This document shows positions 1 to 13,477 of a DNA stretch of 64,000 bases, piece after piece. The notes beneath the pieces were generated by a model. It ran no database searches, was not told the DNA's origin, and saw only the letters and a program-made list of their open reading frames with translations. The translations under genes and the position numbers were made by a program. Source of the DNA: Balanoglossus misakiensis (lineage: Eukaryota; Animalia; Hemichordata); the NCBI GenBank assembly GCA_040954595.2, contig CM082590.2:2356001-2420000 (forward strand), read 5' to 3'. How positions within the stretch are numbered: the stretch's first letter is position 1; every line of letters starts with the position of its first letter.

Positions 1-531
1 ATAGTTCTAAAATTTCCATGGTTGCTTCCAAACACAGCCTCGTTTGTTTACAAAATTCTGTTGTGATGCGCAGAACACATATATAGGCCTATGCGCATAA
101 GAACGTTTTCCACTAGACTCTGTAGAACGACGGATAGCTGTAAAATGTCCATGGTTGCTTCCAAACTGCCTCGTTTATTTACCGATTTCTGTTGTGAGGC
201 GCAGAACACATGATAGGCCTATGCGCATAAGACATTTTTCCACTAGACTCTGTAGATCGACGGATAGTTCTAAAATTTCCATGGTTGCTTCCAAACAGCC
301 TCGTTTATTTACCGAATTCTGTTGTGAGGCGCAGAACACGTAATAGACCTATGCGCATTAGAAAGTTTTCCACAAGACTCTGTAGATCGACGGATAGATG
401 TAAAATGTCCACGGTTGCTTCCAAATACAGCCTCGTTTATTTACCGATTTCTGTTGTGATGCGCATAACACATATATAGGCCTATGCGCAAAAGAACGTT
501 TTCCACTAGACTCTGTAGATCGACGGATAGC

Positions 532-3500
532 TGTAAAATTTCCATGTTTGCTTCCAAACAGCCTCGTTTATTTACGGAATTCTGTTGTGAGGCGCAGAAC
601 ACGTAATAGGCCTATGCGCATTAGAAAGTTTTCCACAGGACTCTGTAGATCGACGGATAGTTGTAAAATGTCCATGGTTGCTTCCAAATACAGCCTCGTT
701 TATTTACCGATTTCTGTTGTGATGCGCATAACATATATATAGGCCTATGCGCAAAAGAACGTTTTCCACTAGACTCTGTAGATCGACGGATAGCTGTAAA
801 ATTTCCATGTTTGCTTGCAAACAGCCTTGTTTATTTACGGAATTCTGTTTTGAGGCGCAGAACACATGATAGGCCTATGCGCATACGACATTTTTCCACT
901 AGACTCTGTAGATCGACGGATAGTTGTAAAATTTCCATGGTTGCTTCCAAACAACCTCGTTTGTTTACCGAATTCTGTTGTGATGCGCAGAACACATATA
1001 TAGGCCTATGCGCATAAGAACGTTTTCCACTAGACTCTGTAGATCGACGGATAGTTGTAAAATGTTCATGGTTGCTTCCAAATACAGCCTCGTTTATTTA
1101 CCGATTTCTGTTGTGATGCGCATAACACATAGATAGGCCTATGCGCATTATAACGTTTTCCACTAGACTCTGTAGATCGACGGATAGTTGTAAAATTTCC
1201 ATGGTTGCTTCCAAACAGCCTCGTTTATTTACCGAATTCTGTTGTTAGGCGCAGAACACGTTATAGGCCTATGCGCATAAGAAAGTTTTCCACCAGACTC
1301 TGTAGATCGAAGGATTTTTGTAAAATTTCCATGGTTGCTTCCAAACAGCCTCGTTTATTTACCGAATTCTGTTGTTAGGCGCAGAACACGTTATAGGCCT
1401 ATGCGCATAAGAAAGTTTTCCACCAGACTCTGTAGATGGACTGATAGTTGTAAAATTTCCATGGTTGCTTCCAAACAGCCTCGTTTATTTACTGATTTCT
1501 GTTGTGAGGCGCAGAACACATGATAGGCCAATGCGCATAAGACATTTTTCCACTAGACTCTGTAGATCGACGGATAGTTGTAAAATTTCCATGGTTGCTT
1601 CCAAACAACCTCGTTTGTTTACGAATTCTGTTGTGATGCGCAGAACACATATATAGGGCTATGCGCATAAGAAAGTTTTCCACCAGACTCCGTAGATCGA
1701 CGGATAGTTGTAAAATTTCCATGGTTGCTTCCAAACAGCCTCGTTTATTTACCGAATTCTGTTGTGAGGCGCAGAACACATAGATAGGCATATGTGCATA
1801 AGAAAGTTTTCCACTATAGACTCTGTAGATCGAGAGATAGTTCTAAAATGTCCATGGTTGCTACCAAACACAGCCTCGTTTGTTTACAAAATTCTGTTGT
1901 GATGCGCAGAACACATAGATAGGCCTATGCGCATATGAACGTTTTCCACCATACACTGTAGATCGAGAGATAGTTCTAAAACTTCCATGTTTGCTTCCAA
2001 ACAGCCTCGTTTATTTGCGGAATTCTGTTTTGAGGCGCAGAACACATAGATAGGCATATGTGAATAAGAAAGTTTTCCACTATAGACTCTGTAGATCGAG
2101 AGATAGTTGTAAAATTTCCATGGTTGCTTCCAAACAGCCTCGCTTATTTACCGATTTCTGTTGTGAGGCGCAGAACACATAGATAGGCCTATGCGCATGA
2201 AAAACTTTTCAACTTTAGATCAACGGATAGTTCTAAAATTTCCATGGTTGTTTCCAAACAGCCTCGTTTATTTACCGAATTCTGTTGTGATGCGTAGAAC
2301 ACATACATATGCCTATGCGCATAAGAAAGTTTTCCACTAGACTCCGTAGATCGACGAATAGTTCTAAAATGTCCATGGTTGCTTCCAAACAAAGCCTGGT
2401 TTGTTTACAAAATTCTGTTGTGAAGCGCAGAACACATAGACAGGCCTATGCGCATATGAACGTTTTCCACTATACTCTGTAGATCGAGAGATAGTTCTAA
2501 AATTTCCATGTTTGCTTCCAAACAGCCTCGTTTATTTACGGAATTCTGTTTTGAGGCGCAGAACACATAGATAGGCATATGTGCATAAGAAAGTTTTCCA
2601 CTATAGACTCTGTAGATCGAGAGATAGTTCTAAAATGTCCATGGTTGCTTCCAAACACAGCCTCGTTTGTTTACAAAATTCTGTTGTGATGCGCAGAACA
2701 CATATATAGGCCTATGCGCATAATAACGTTTTCCACTAGACTCTGTAGATCGACGGATAGTTGTAAAATTTCCATGGTTGCTTCCAAACAGCCTCGTTTA
2801 TTTACCGAATTCTGTTGTAAGGCACAGAACACATAGATAGGCCTATGTGCATAAGAAAGTTTTCCACTATAGACTCTGTAGATCGAGAGATAGTTCTAAA
2901 ATGTCCATGGTTGCTTCCAAACACAGCCTCGTTTGTTTACAAAATTCTGTTGTGATGCGCAGAACACATATATAGGCCTATGCGCATAATAACGTTTTCC
3001 ACTAGACTCTGTAGATCGACGGATAGTTGTAAAATTTCCATGTTTGCTTCCAAACAGCCTCGTTTATTTACGGAATTCTGTTGTGAGGCGCAGAACACGT
3101 AATAGGCCTATGCGCATTAGAAAGTTTTCCACAGGACTCTGTAGATCGACGGATAGTTGTAAAATGTCCATGGTTGCTTCCAAATACAGCCTCGTTTATT
3201 TACCGATTTCTGTTGTGATGCGCATAACATATATATAGGCCTATGCGCAAAAGAACGTTTTCCACTAGACTCTGTAGATCGACGGATAGCTGTAAAATTT
3301 CCATGTTTGCTTGCAAACAGCCTTGTTTATTTACGGAATTCTGTTTTGAGGCGCAGAACACATGATAGGCCTATGCGCATACGACATTTTTCCACTAGAC
3401 TCTGTAGATCGACGGATAGTTGTAAAATTTCCATGGTTGCTTCCAAACAACCTCGTTTGTTTACCGAATTCTGTTGTGATGCGCAGAACACATATATAGG

Positions 3501-5538
3501 CCTATGCGCATAAGAACGTTTTCCACTAGACTCTGTAGATCGACGGATAGTTGTAAAATGTTCATGGTTGCTTCCAAATACAGCCTCGTTTATTTACCGA
3601 TTTCTGTTGTGATGCGCATAACACATAGATAGGCCTATGCGCATTATAACGTTTTCCACTAGACTCTGTAGATCGACGGATAGTTGTAAAATTTCCATGG
3701 TTGCTTCCAAACAGCCTCGTTTATTTACCGAATTCTGTTGTTAGGCGCAGAACACGTTATAGGCCTATGCGCATAAGAAAGTTTTCCACCAGACTCTGTA
3801 GATCGAAGGATTTTTGTAAAATTTCCATGGTTGCTTCCAAACAGCCTCGTTTATTTACCGAATTCTGTTGTTAGGCGCAGAACACGTTATAGGCCTATGC
3901 GCATAAGAAAGTTTTCCACCAGACTCTGTAGATGGACTGATAGTTGTAAAATTTCCATGGTTGCTTCCAAACAGCCTCGTTTATTTACTGATTTCTGTTG
4001 TGAGGCGCAGAACACATGATAGGCCAATGCGCATAAGACATTTTTCCACTAGACTCTGTAGATCGACGGATAGTTGTAAAATTTCCATGGTTGCTTCCAA
4101 ACAACCTCGTTTGTTTACGAATTCTGTTGTGATGCGCAGAACACATATATAGGGCTATGCGCATAAGAAAGTTTTCCACCAGACTCCGTAGATCGACGGA
4201 TAGTTGTAAAATTTCCATGGTTGCTTCCAAACAGCCTCGTTTATTTACCGAATTCTGTTGTGAGGCGCAGAACACATAGATAGGCATATGTGCATAAGAA
4301 AGTTTTCCACTATAGACTCTGTAGATCGAGAGATAGTTCTAAAATGTCCATGGTTGCTACCAAACACAGCCTCGTTTGTTTACAAAATTCTGTTGTGATG
4401 CGCAGAACACATAGATAGGCCTATGCGCATATGAACGTTTTCCACCATACACTGTAGATCGAGAGATAGTTCTAAAACTTCCATGTTTGCTTCCAAACAG
4501 CCTCGTTTATTTGCGGAATTCTGTTTTGAGGCGCAGAACACATAGATAGGCATATGTGAATAAGAAAGTTTTCCACTATAGACTCTGTAGATCGAGAGAT
4601 AGTTGTAAAATTTCCATGGTTGCTTCCAAACAGCCTCGCTTATTTACCGATTTCTGTTGTGAGGCGCAGAACACATAGATAGGCCTATGCGCATGAAAAA
4701 CTTTTCAACTTTAGATCAACGGATAGTTCTAAAATTTCCATGGTTGTTTCCAAACAGCCTCGTTTATTTACCGAATTCTGTTGTGATGCGTAGAACACAT
4801 ACATATGCCTATGCGCATAAGAAAGTTTTCCACTAGACTCCGTAGATCGACGAATAGTTCTAAAATGTCCATGGTTGCTTCCAAACAAAGCCTGGTTTGT
4901 TTACAAAATTCTGTTGTGAAGCGCAGAACACATAGACAGGCCTATGCGCATATGAACGTTTTCCACTATACTCTGTAGATCGAGAGATAGTTCTAAAATT
5001 TCCATGTTTGCTTCCAAACAGCCTCGTTTATTTACGGAATTCTGTTTTGAGGCGCAGAACACATAGATAGGCATATGTGCATAAGAAAGTTTTCCACTAT
5101 AGACTCTGTAGATCGAGAGATAGTTCTAAAATGTCCATGGTTGCTTCCAAACACAGCCTCGTTTGTTTACAAAATTCTGTTGTGATGCGCAGAACACATA
5201 TATAGGCCTATGCGCATAATAACGTTTTCCACTAGACTCTGTAGATCGACGGATAGTTGTAAAATTTCCATGGTTGCTTCCAAACAGCCTCGTTTATTTA
5301 CCGAATTCTGTTGTAAGGCACAGAACACATAGATAGGCCTATGTGCATAAGAAAGTTTTCCACTATAGACTCTGTAGATCGAGAGATAGTTCTAAAATGT
5401 CCATGGTTGCTTCCAAACACAGCCTCGTTTGTTTACAAAATTCTGTTGTGATGCGCAGAACACATATATAGGCCTATGCGCATAATAACGTTTTCCACTA
5501 GACTCTGTAGATCGACGGATAGTTGTAAAATTTCCATG
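532..5538 (+). repeat. Higher-order tandem duplication, 2496 bp period (19 monomers x2)
   Basis: Identical ORF translations at a constant offset of 2496 (548/3044, 811/3307, 1335/3831, 1489/3985, 2189/4685). Bounding mismatches are at 531/3027 and 3043/5539. Confidence 0.9.
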
Positions 5539-8500
5539 GTTGCTTCCAAACAGCCTCGTTTATTTACCGAATTCTGTTGTGAGGCGCAGAACACATAGAT
5601 AGGCATATGTGCATAAGAAAGTTTTCCACTATAGACTCTGTAGATCGAGAGATAGTTCTAAAATGTCCATGGTTGTTACCAAACACAGCCTCGTTTGTTT
5701 ACAAAATTCTGTTGTGATGCGCAGAACACATATATAGGCCTATGCGCATAAGAACGTTTCCACTAGACTCTGTAGATCGACGGATAGTTGTAAAATTTCC
5801 ATGGTTGCTTCCAAACAGCCTCGTTTATTTACCGAATTCTGTTGTTAGGCGCAGAACACGTTATAGGCCTATGCGCATAAGAAAGTTTTCCACCAGACTC
5901 TGTAGATGGACTGATAGTTGTAAAATTTCCATGGTTGCTTCCAAACAGCCTCGTTTATTTACTGATTTCTGTTGTGAGGCGCAGAACACATGATAGGCCA
6001 ATGCGCATAAGACATTTTTCCACTAGACTCTGTAGATCGACGGATAGTTGTAAAATTTCCATGGTTGCTTCCAAACAACCTCGTTTGTTTACGAATTCTG
6101 TTGTGATGCGCAGAACACATATATAGGCCTATGCGCATAAGAACGTTTTCCACTAGACTCTGTAGATCGAGAGATAGTTCTAAAATTTCCATGGTTGCTT
6201 CCAAACAGCCTCGTTTATTTACCGAATTCTGTTGTGAGACGCAGAACACGTAATAGGCCTATGCGCATAAGAAAGTTTTCCACCAGACTCCGTAGATCGA
6301 CGGATAGTTGTAAAATTTCCATGGTTGCTTCCAAACAGCCTCGTTTATTTACCGAATTCTGTTGTGAGGCGCAGAACACATAGATAGGCCTATGTGCATA
6401 AGAAAGTTTTCCACTATAGACTCTGTAGATCGAGAGATAGTTCTAAAATGTCCATGGTTGCTACCAAACACAGCCTCGTTTGTTTACAAAATTCTGTTGT
6501 GATGCGCAGAACACATAGATAGGCCTATGCGCATATGAACGTTTTCCACTATACACTGTAGATCGAGAGATAGTTCTAAAACTTCCATGTTTGCTTCCAA
6601 ACAGCCTCGTTTATTTGCGGAATTCTGTTTTGAGGCGCAGAACACATAGATAGGCATATGTGAATAAGAAAGTTTTCCACTATAGACTCTGTAGATCGAG
6701 AGATAGTTGTAAAATTTCCATGGTTGCTTCCAAACAGCCTCGTTTATTTACCGATTTCTGTTGTGAGGCGCAGAACACATAGATAGGCCTATGCGCATAA
6801 AAAACTTTTCAACTTTAGATCAACGGATAGTTCTAAAATTTCCATGGTTGCTTCCAAACACAGCCTCGTTTGTTTACAAAATTCTGTTGTGATGCGCAGA
6901 ACACATATATAGGCCTATGCGCATAAGAACGTTTTCCACTAGACTCTGTATATCCACGGATAGCTGTAAAATTGCCATGTTTGCTTCCAAACAGCCTCGT
7001 TTATTTACGGAATTCTGTTTTTAGGCGCAGAACACATAGATAGGCATATGTGCATAAGAAAGTTTTCCACTATAGACTCTGTAGATCGAGAGATAGTTCT
7101 AAAATGTCCATGGTTGCTTCCAAACACAGCCTCGTTTGTTTACAAAATTCTGTTGTGATGCGCAGAACACATATATAGGCCTATGCGCAAAAGAACGTTT
7201 TCCACTAGACTCTGTAGATCGACGGATAGCTGTAAAATTTCCATGGTTGCTTCCAAACAGCCTCGTTTATTTACCGAATTCTGTTGTGAGGCGCAGAACA
7301 CGTAATAGGCCTATGCGCATTAGAAAGTTTTCCACAAGACTCTGTAGATCGACGGATAGTTGTAAAATGTCCATGGTTGCTTCCAAATACAGCCTCGTTT
7401 ATTTACCGATTTCTGTTGTGATGCGCATAACACATATATAGGCCTATGCGCAAAAGAACGTTTTCCACTAGACTCTGTAGATCGACGGATAGCTGTAAAA
7501 TTTCCATGTTTGCTTGCAAACAGCCTCGTTTATTTACGGAATTCTGTTTTGAGGCGCAGAACACATGATAGGCCTATGCGCATACGACATTTTTCCACTA
7601 GACTCTGTAGATCGACGGATAGTTGTAGAATTTCCATGGTTGCTTCCAAACAACCTCGTTTGTTTACCGAATTCTGTTGTGATGCGCAGAACACATATAT
7701 AGGCCTATGCGCATAAGAACGTTTTCCACTAGACTCTGTAGATCGACGGATAGTTGTAAAATGTTCATGGTTGCTTCCAAATACAGCCTCGTTTATTTAC
7801 CGATTTCTGTTGTGATGCGCATAACACATAGATAGGCCTATGCGCATTATAACGTTTTCCACTAGACTCTGTAGATCGACGGATAGTTGTAAAATTTCCA
7901 TGGTTGCTTCCAAACAGCCTCGTTTATTTACCGAATTCTGTTGTTAGGCGCAGAACACGTTATAGGCCTATGCGCATAAGAAAGTTTTCCACCAGACTCT
8001 GTAGATCGACGGATAGTTGTAAAATTTCCATGGTTGCTTCCAAACAGCCTCGTTTATTTACCGAATTCTGTTGTTAGGCGCAGAACACGTTATAGGCCTA
8101 TGCGCATAAGCAAGTTTTCCACCAGACTCTGTAGATGGACTGATAGTTGTAAAATTTCCATGGTTGCTTCCAAACAGCCTCGTTTATTTACTGATTTCTG
8201 TTGTGAGGCGCAGAACACATGATAGGCCAATGCGCATAAGACATTTTTCCACTAGACTCTGTAGATCGACGGATAGTTGTAAAATTTCCATGGTTGCTTC
8301 CAAACAACCTCGTTTGTTTACGAATTCTGTTGTGATGCGCAGAACACATATATAGGGCTATGCGCATAAGAAAGTTTTCCACCAGACTCCGTAGATCGAC
8401 GGATAGTTGTAAAATGTTCATGGTTGCTTCCAAATACAGCCTCGTTTATTTACCGATTTCTGTTGTGATGCGCATAACACATAGATAGGCCTATGCGCAT

Positions 8501-9098
8501 TATAACGTTTTCCACTAGACTCTGTAGATCGACGGATAGTTGTAAAATGTCCATGGTTGCTTCCAAACAGCCTCGTTTATTTACCGAATTCTGTTGTTAG
8601 GCGCAGAACACGTTATAGGCCTATGCGCACAAGAAAGTTTTCCACCAGACTCTGTAGATCGACGGATAGTTGTAAAATTTCCATGGTTGCTTCCAAACAG
8701 CCTCGTTTATTTACCGAATTCTGTTGTTAGGCGCAGAACACATGATAGGCCAATGCGCATGAGACATTTTTCCACTAGACTCTGTAGATCGACGGATAGT
8801 TGTAAAATTTCCATGGTTGCTTCCAAACAACCTCGTTTGTTTACGAATTCTGTTGTGATGCGCAGAACACATATATAGGGCTATGCGCATAAGAAAGTTT
8901 TCCACCAGACTCCGTAGATCGACGGATAGTTGTAAAATTTCCATGGTTGCTTCCAAACAGCCTCGTTTATTTACCGAATTCTGTTGTGAGGCGCAGAACA
9001 CATAGATAGGCATATGTGCATAAGAAAGTTTTCCACTAGACTCCGTAGATCGACGAATAGTTCTAAAATGTCCATGGTTGCTTCCAAACAAAGCCTGC

Positions 9099-12000
9099 TT
9101 TGTTTACAAAATTCTGTTGTGATGCGCAGAACACATAGATAGGCCTATGCGCATATGAACGTTTTCCACTATACTCTGTAGATCGAGAGATAGTTCTAAA
9201 ATTTCCATGTTTGCTTCCAAACAGCCTCGTTTATTTACGGAATTCTGTTTTGAGGCGCAGAACACATAGATCGGCATATGTGCATAAGAAAGTTTTCCAC
9301 TATAGACTCTGTAGATCGAGAGATAGTTCTAAAATGTCCATGGTTGCTTCCAAACACAGCCTCGTTTGTTTACAAAATTCTGTTGTGATGCGCAGAACAC
9401 ATATATAGGCCTATGCGCATAATAACGTTTTCCACTAGACTCTGTACATCGACGGATAGTTGTAAAATTTCCATGGTTGCTTCCAAACAGCCTCGTTTAT
9501 TTACCGAATTCTGTTGTAAGGCACAGAACACATAGATAGGCCTATGTGCATAAGAAAGTTTTCCACTATAGACTCTGTAGATCGAGAGATAGTTCTAAAA
9601 TGTCCATGGTTGCTTCCAAACACAGCCTCGTTTGTTTACAAAATTCTGTTGTGATGCGCAGAACACATATATAGGCCTATGCGCATAATAACGTTTTCCA
9701 CTAGACTCTGTAGATCGACGGATAGTTGTAAAATTTCCATGGTTGCTTCCAAACAGCCTCGTTTATTTACCGAATTCTGTTGTGAGGCGCAGAACACATA
9801 GATAGGCATATGTGCATAAGAAAGTTTTCCACTATAGACTCTGTAGATCGAGAGATAGTTCTAAAATGTCCATGGTTGCTACCAAACACAGCCTCGTTTG
9901 TTTACAAAATTCTGTTGTGATGCGCAGAACACATATATAGGCCTATGCGCATAAGAACGTTTCCACTAGACTCTGTAGATCGACGGATAGTTGTAAAATT
10001 TCCATGGTTGCTTCCAAACAGCCTCGTTTATTTACCGAATTCTGTTGTTAGGCGCAGAACACGTTATAGGCCTATGCGCATAAGAAAGTTTTCCACCAGA
10101 CTCTGTAGATGGACTGATAGTTGTAAAATTTCCATGGTTGCTTCCAAACAGCCTCGTTTATTTACTGATTTCTGTTGTGAGGCGCAGAACACATGATAGG
10201 CCAATGCGCATAAGACATTTTCCACTAGACTCTGTAGATCGACGGATAGTTGTAAAATTTCCATGGTTGCTTCCAAACAACCTCGTTTGTTTACGAATTC
10301 TGTTGTGATGCGCAGAACACATATATAGGCCTATGCGCATAAGAACGTTTTCCACTAGACTCTGTAGATCGAGAGATAGTTCTAAAATTTCCATGGTTGC
10401 TTCCAAACAGCCTCGTTTATTTACCGAATTCTGTTGTGAGACGCAGAACACGTAATAGGCCTATGCGCATAAGAAAGTTTTCCACCAGACTCCGTAGATC
10501 GACGGATAGTTGTAAAATTTCCATGGTTGCTTCCAAACAGCCTCGTTTATTTACCGAATTCTGTTGTGAGGCGCAGAACACATAGATAGGCATATGTGCA
10601 TAAGAAAGTTTTCCACTATAGACTCTGTAGATCGAGAGATAGTTCTAAAATGTCCATGGTTGCTACCAAACACAGCCTCGTTTGTTTACAAAATTCTGTT
10701 GTGATGCGCAGAACACATAGATAGGCCTATGCGCATATGAACGTTTTCCACTATACTCTGTAGATCGAGAGATAGTTCTAAAACTTCCATGTTTGCTTCC
10801 AAACAGCCTCGTTTATTTGCGGAATTCTGTTTTGAGGCGCAGAACACATAGATAGGCATATGTGAATAAGAAAGTTTTCCACTATAGACTCTGTAGATCG
10901 AGAGATAGTTGTAAAATTTCCATGGTTGCTTCCAAACAGCCTCGTTTATTTACCGATTTCTGTTGTGAGGCGCAGAACACATAGATAGGCCTATGCGCAT
11001 AAAAAACTTTTCAACTTTAGATCAACGGATAGTTCTAAAATTTCCATGGTTGTTTCCAAACAGCCTCGTTTATTTACCGAATTCTGTTGTGATGCGTAGA
11101 ACACATACATATGCCTATGCGCATAAGAAAGTTTTCCACTAGACTCCGTAGATCGACGAATAGTTCTAAAATGTCCATGGTTGCTTCCAAACAAAGCCTG
11201 GTTTGTTTACAAAATTCTGTTGTGATGCGCAGAACACATAGATAGGCCTATGCGCATATGAACGTTTTCCACTATACTCTGTAGATCGAGAGATAGTTCT
11301 AAAATTTCCATGTTTGCTTCCAAACAGCCTCGTTTATTTACGGAATTCTGTTTTGAGGCGCAGAACACATAGATCGGCATATGTGCATAAGAAAGTTTTC
11401 CACTATAGACTCTGTAGATCGAGAGATAGTTCTAAAATGTCCATGGTTGCTTCCAAACACAGCCTCGTTTGTTTACAAAATTCTGTTGTGATGCGCAGAA
11501 CACATATATAGGCCTATGCGCATAATAACGTTTTCCACTAGACTCTGTACATCGACGGATAGTTGTAAAATTTCCATGGTTGCTTCCAAACAGCCTCGTT
11601 TATTTACCGAATTCTGTTGTAAGGCACAGAACACATAGATAGGCCTATGTGCATAAGAAAGTTTTCCACTATAGACTCTGTAGATCGAGAGATAGTTCTA
11701 AAATGTCCATGGTTGCTTCCAAACACAGCCTCGTTTGTTTACAAAATTCTGTTGTGATGCGCAGAACACATATATAGGCCTATGCGCATAATAACGTTTT
11801 CCACTAGACTCTGTAGATCGACGGATAGTTGTAAAATTTCCATGGTTGCTTCCAAACAGCCTCGTTTATTTACCGAATTCTGTTGTGAGGCGCAGAACAC
11901 ATAGATAGGCATATGTGCATAAGAAAGTTTTCCACTATAGACTCTGTAGATCGAGAGATAGTTCTAAAATGTCCATGGTTGCTACCAAACACAGCCTCGT

Positions 12001-13477
12001 TTGTTTACAAAATTCTGTTGTGATGCGCAGAACACATATATAGGCCTATGCGCATAAGAACGTTTCCACTAGACTCTGTAGATCGACGGATAGTTGTAAA
12101 ATTTCCATGGTTGCTTCCAAACAGCCTCGTTTATTTACCGAATTCTGTTGTTAGGCGCAGAACACGTTATAGGCCTATGCGCATAAGAAAGTTTTCCACC
12201 AGACTCTGTAGATGGACTGATAGTTGTAAAATTTCCATGGTTGCTTCCAAACAGCCTCGTTTATTTACTGATTTCTGTTGTGAGGCGCAGAACACATGAT
12301 AGGCCAATGCGCATAAGACATTTTCCACTAGACTCTGTAGATCGACGGATAGTTGTAAAATTTCCATGGTTGCTTCCAAACAACCTCGTTTGTTTACGAA
12401 TTCTGTTGTGATGCGCAGAACACATATATAGGCCTATGCGCATAAGAACGTTTTCCACTAGACTCTGTAGATCGAGAGATAGTTCTAAAATTTCCATGGT
12501 TGCTTCCAAACAGCCTCGTTTATTTACCGAATTCTGTTGTGAGACGCAGAACACGTAATAGGCCTATGCGCATAAGAAAGTTTTCCACCAGACTCCGTAG
12601 ATCGACGGATAGTTGTAAAATTTCCATGGTTGCTTCCAAACAGCCTCGTTTATTTACCGAATTCTGTTGTGAGGCGCAGAACACATAGATAGGCATATGT
12701 GCATAAGAAAGTTTTCCACTATAGACTCTGTAGATCGAGAGATAGTTCTAAAATGTCCATGGTTGCTACCAAACACAGCCTCGTTTGTTTACAAAATTCT
12801 GTTGTGATGCGCAGAACACATAGATAGGCCTATGCGCATATGAACGTTTTCCACTATACTCTGTAGATCGAGAGATAGTTCTAAAACTTCCATGTTTGCT
12901 TCCAAACAGCCTCGTTTATTTGCGGAATTCTGTTTTGAGGCGCAGAACACATAGATAGGCATATGTGAATAAGAAAGTTTTCCACTATAGACTCTGTAGA
13001 TCGAGAGATAGTTGTAAAATTTCCATGGTTGCTTCCAAACAGCCTCGTTTATTTACCGATTTCTGTTGTGAGGCGCAGAACACATAGATAGGCCTATGCG
13101 CATAAAAAACTTTTCAACTTTAGATCAACGGATAGTTCTAAAATTTCCATGGTTGTTTCCAAACAGCCTCGTTTATTTACCGAATTCTGTTGTGATGCGT
13201 AGAACACATACATATGCCTATGCGCATAAGAAAGTTTTCCACTAGACTCCGTAGATCGACGAATAGTTCTAAAATGTCCATGGTTGCTTCCAAACAAAGC
13301 CTGGTTTGTTTACAAAATTCTGTTGTGATGCGCAGAACACATAGATAGGCCTATGCGCATATGAACGTTTTCCACTATACTCTGTAGATCGAGAGATAGT
13401 TCTAAAATTTCCATGTTTGCTTCCAAACAGCCTCGTTTATTTACGGAATTCTGTTTTGAGGCGCAGAACACATAGAT
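9099..13477 (+). repeat. Higher-order tandem duplication, 2103 bp period (16 monomers x2)
   Basis: Identical ORF translations at offset 2103 (9211/11314, 9945/12048, 10064/12167, 10397/12500, 10991/13094). Both copies share the rare variants CTGTACATCGACGG and 4-T GACATTTTCC. Confidence 0.9.

Noticed and set aside
563-580. CENP-B box-like motif CCTCGTTTATTTACGGA
   Set aside because: It does not fit TTCG-N4-A-N2-CGGG. The core bases and the spacing both differ.
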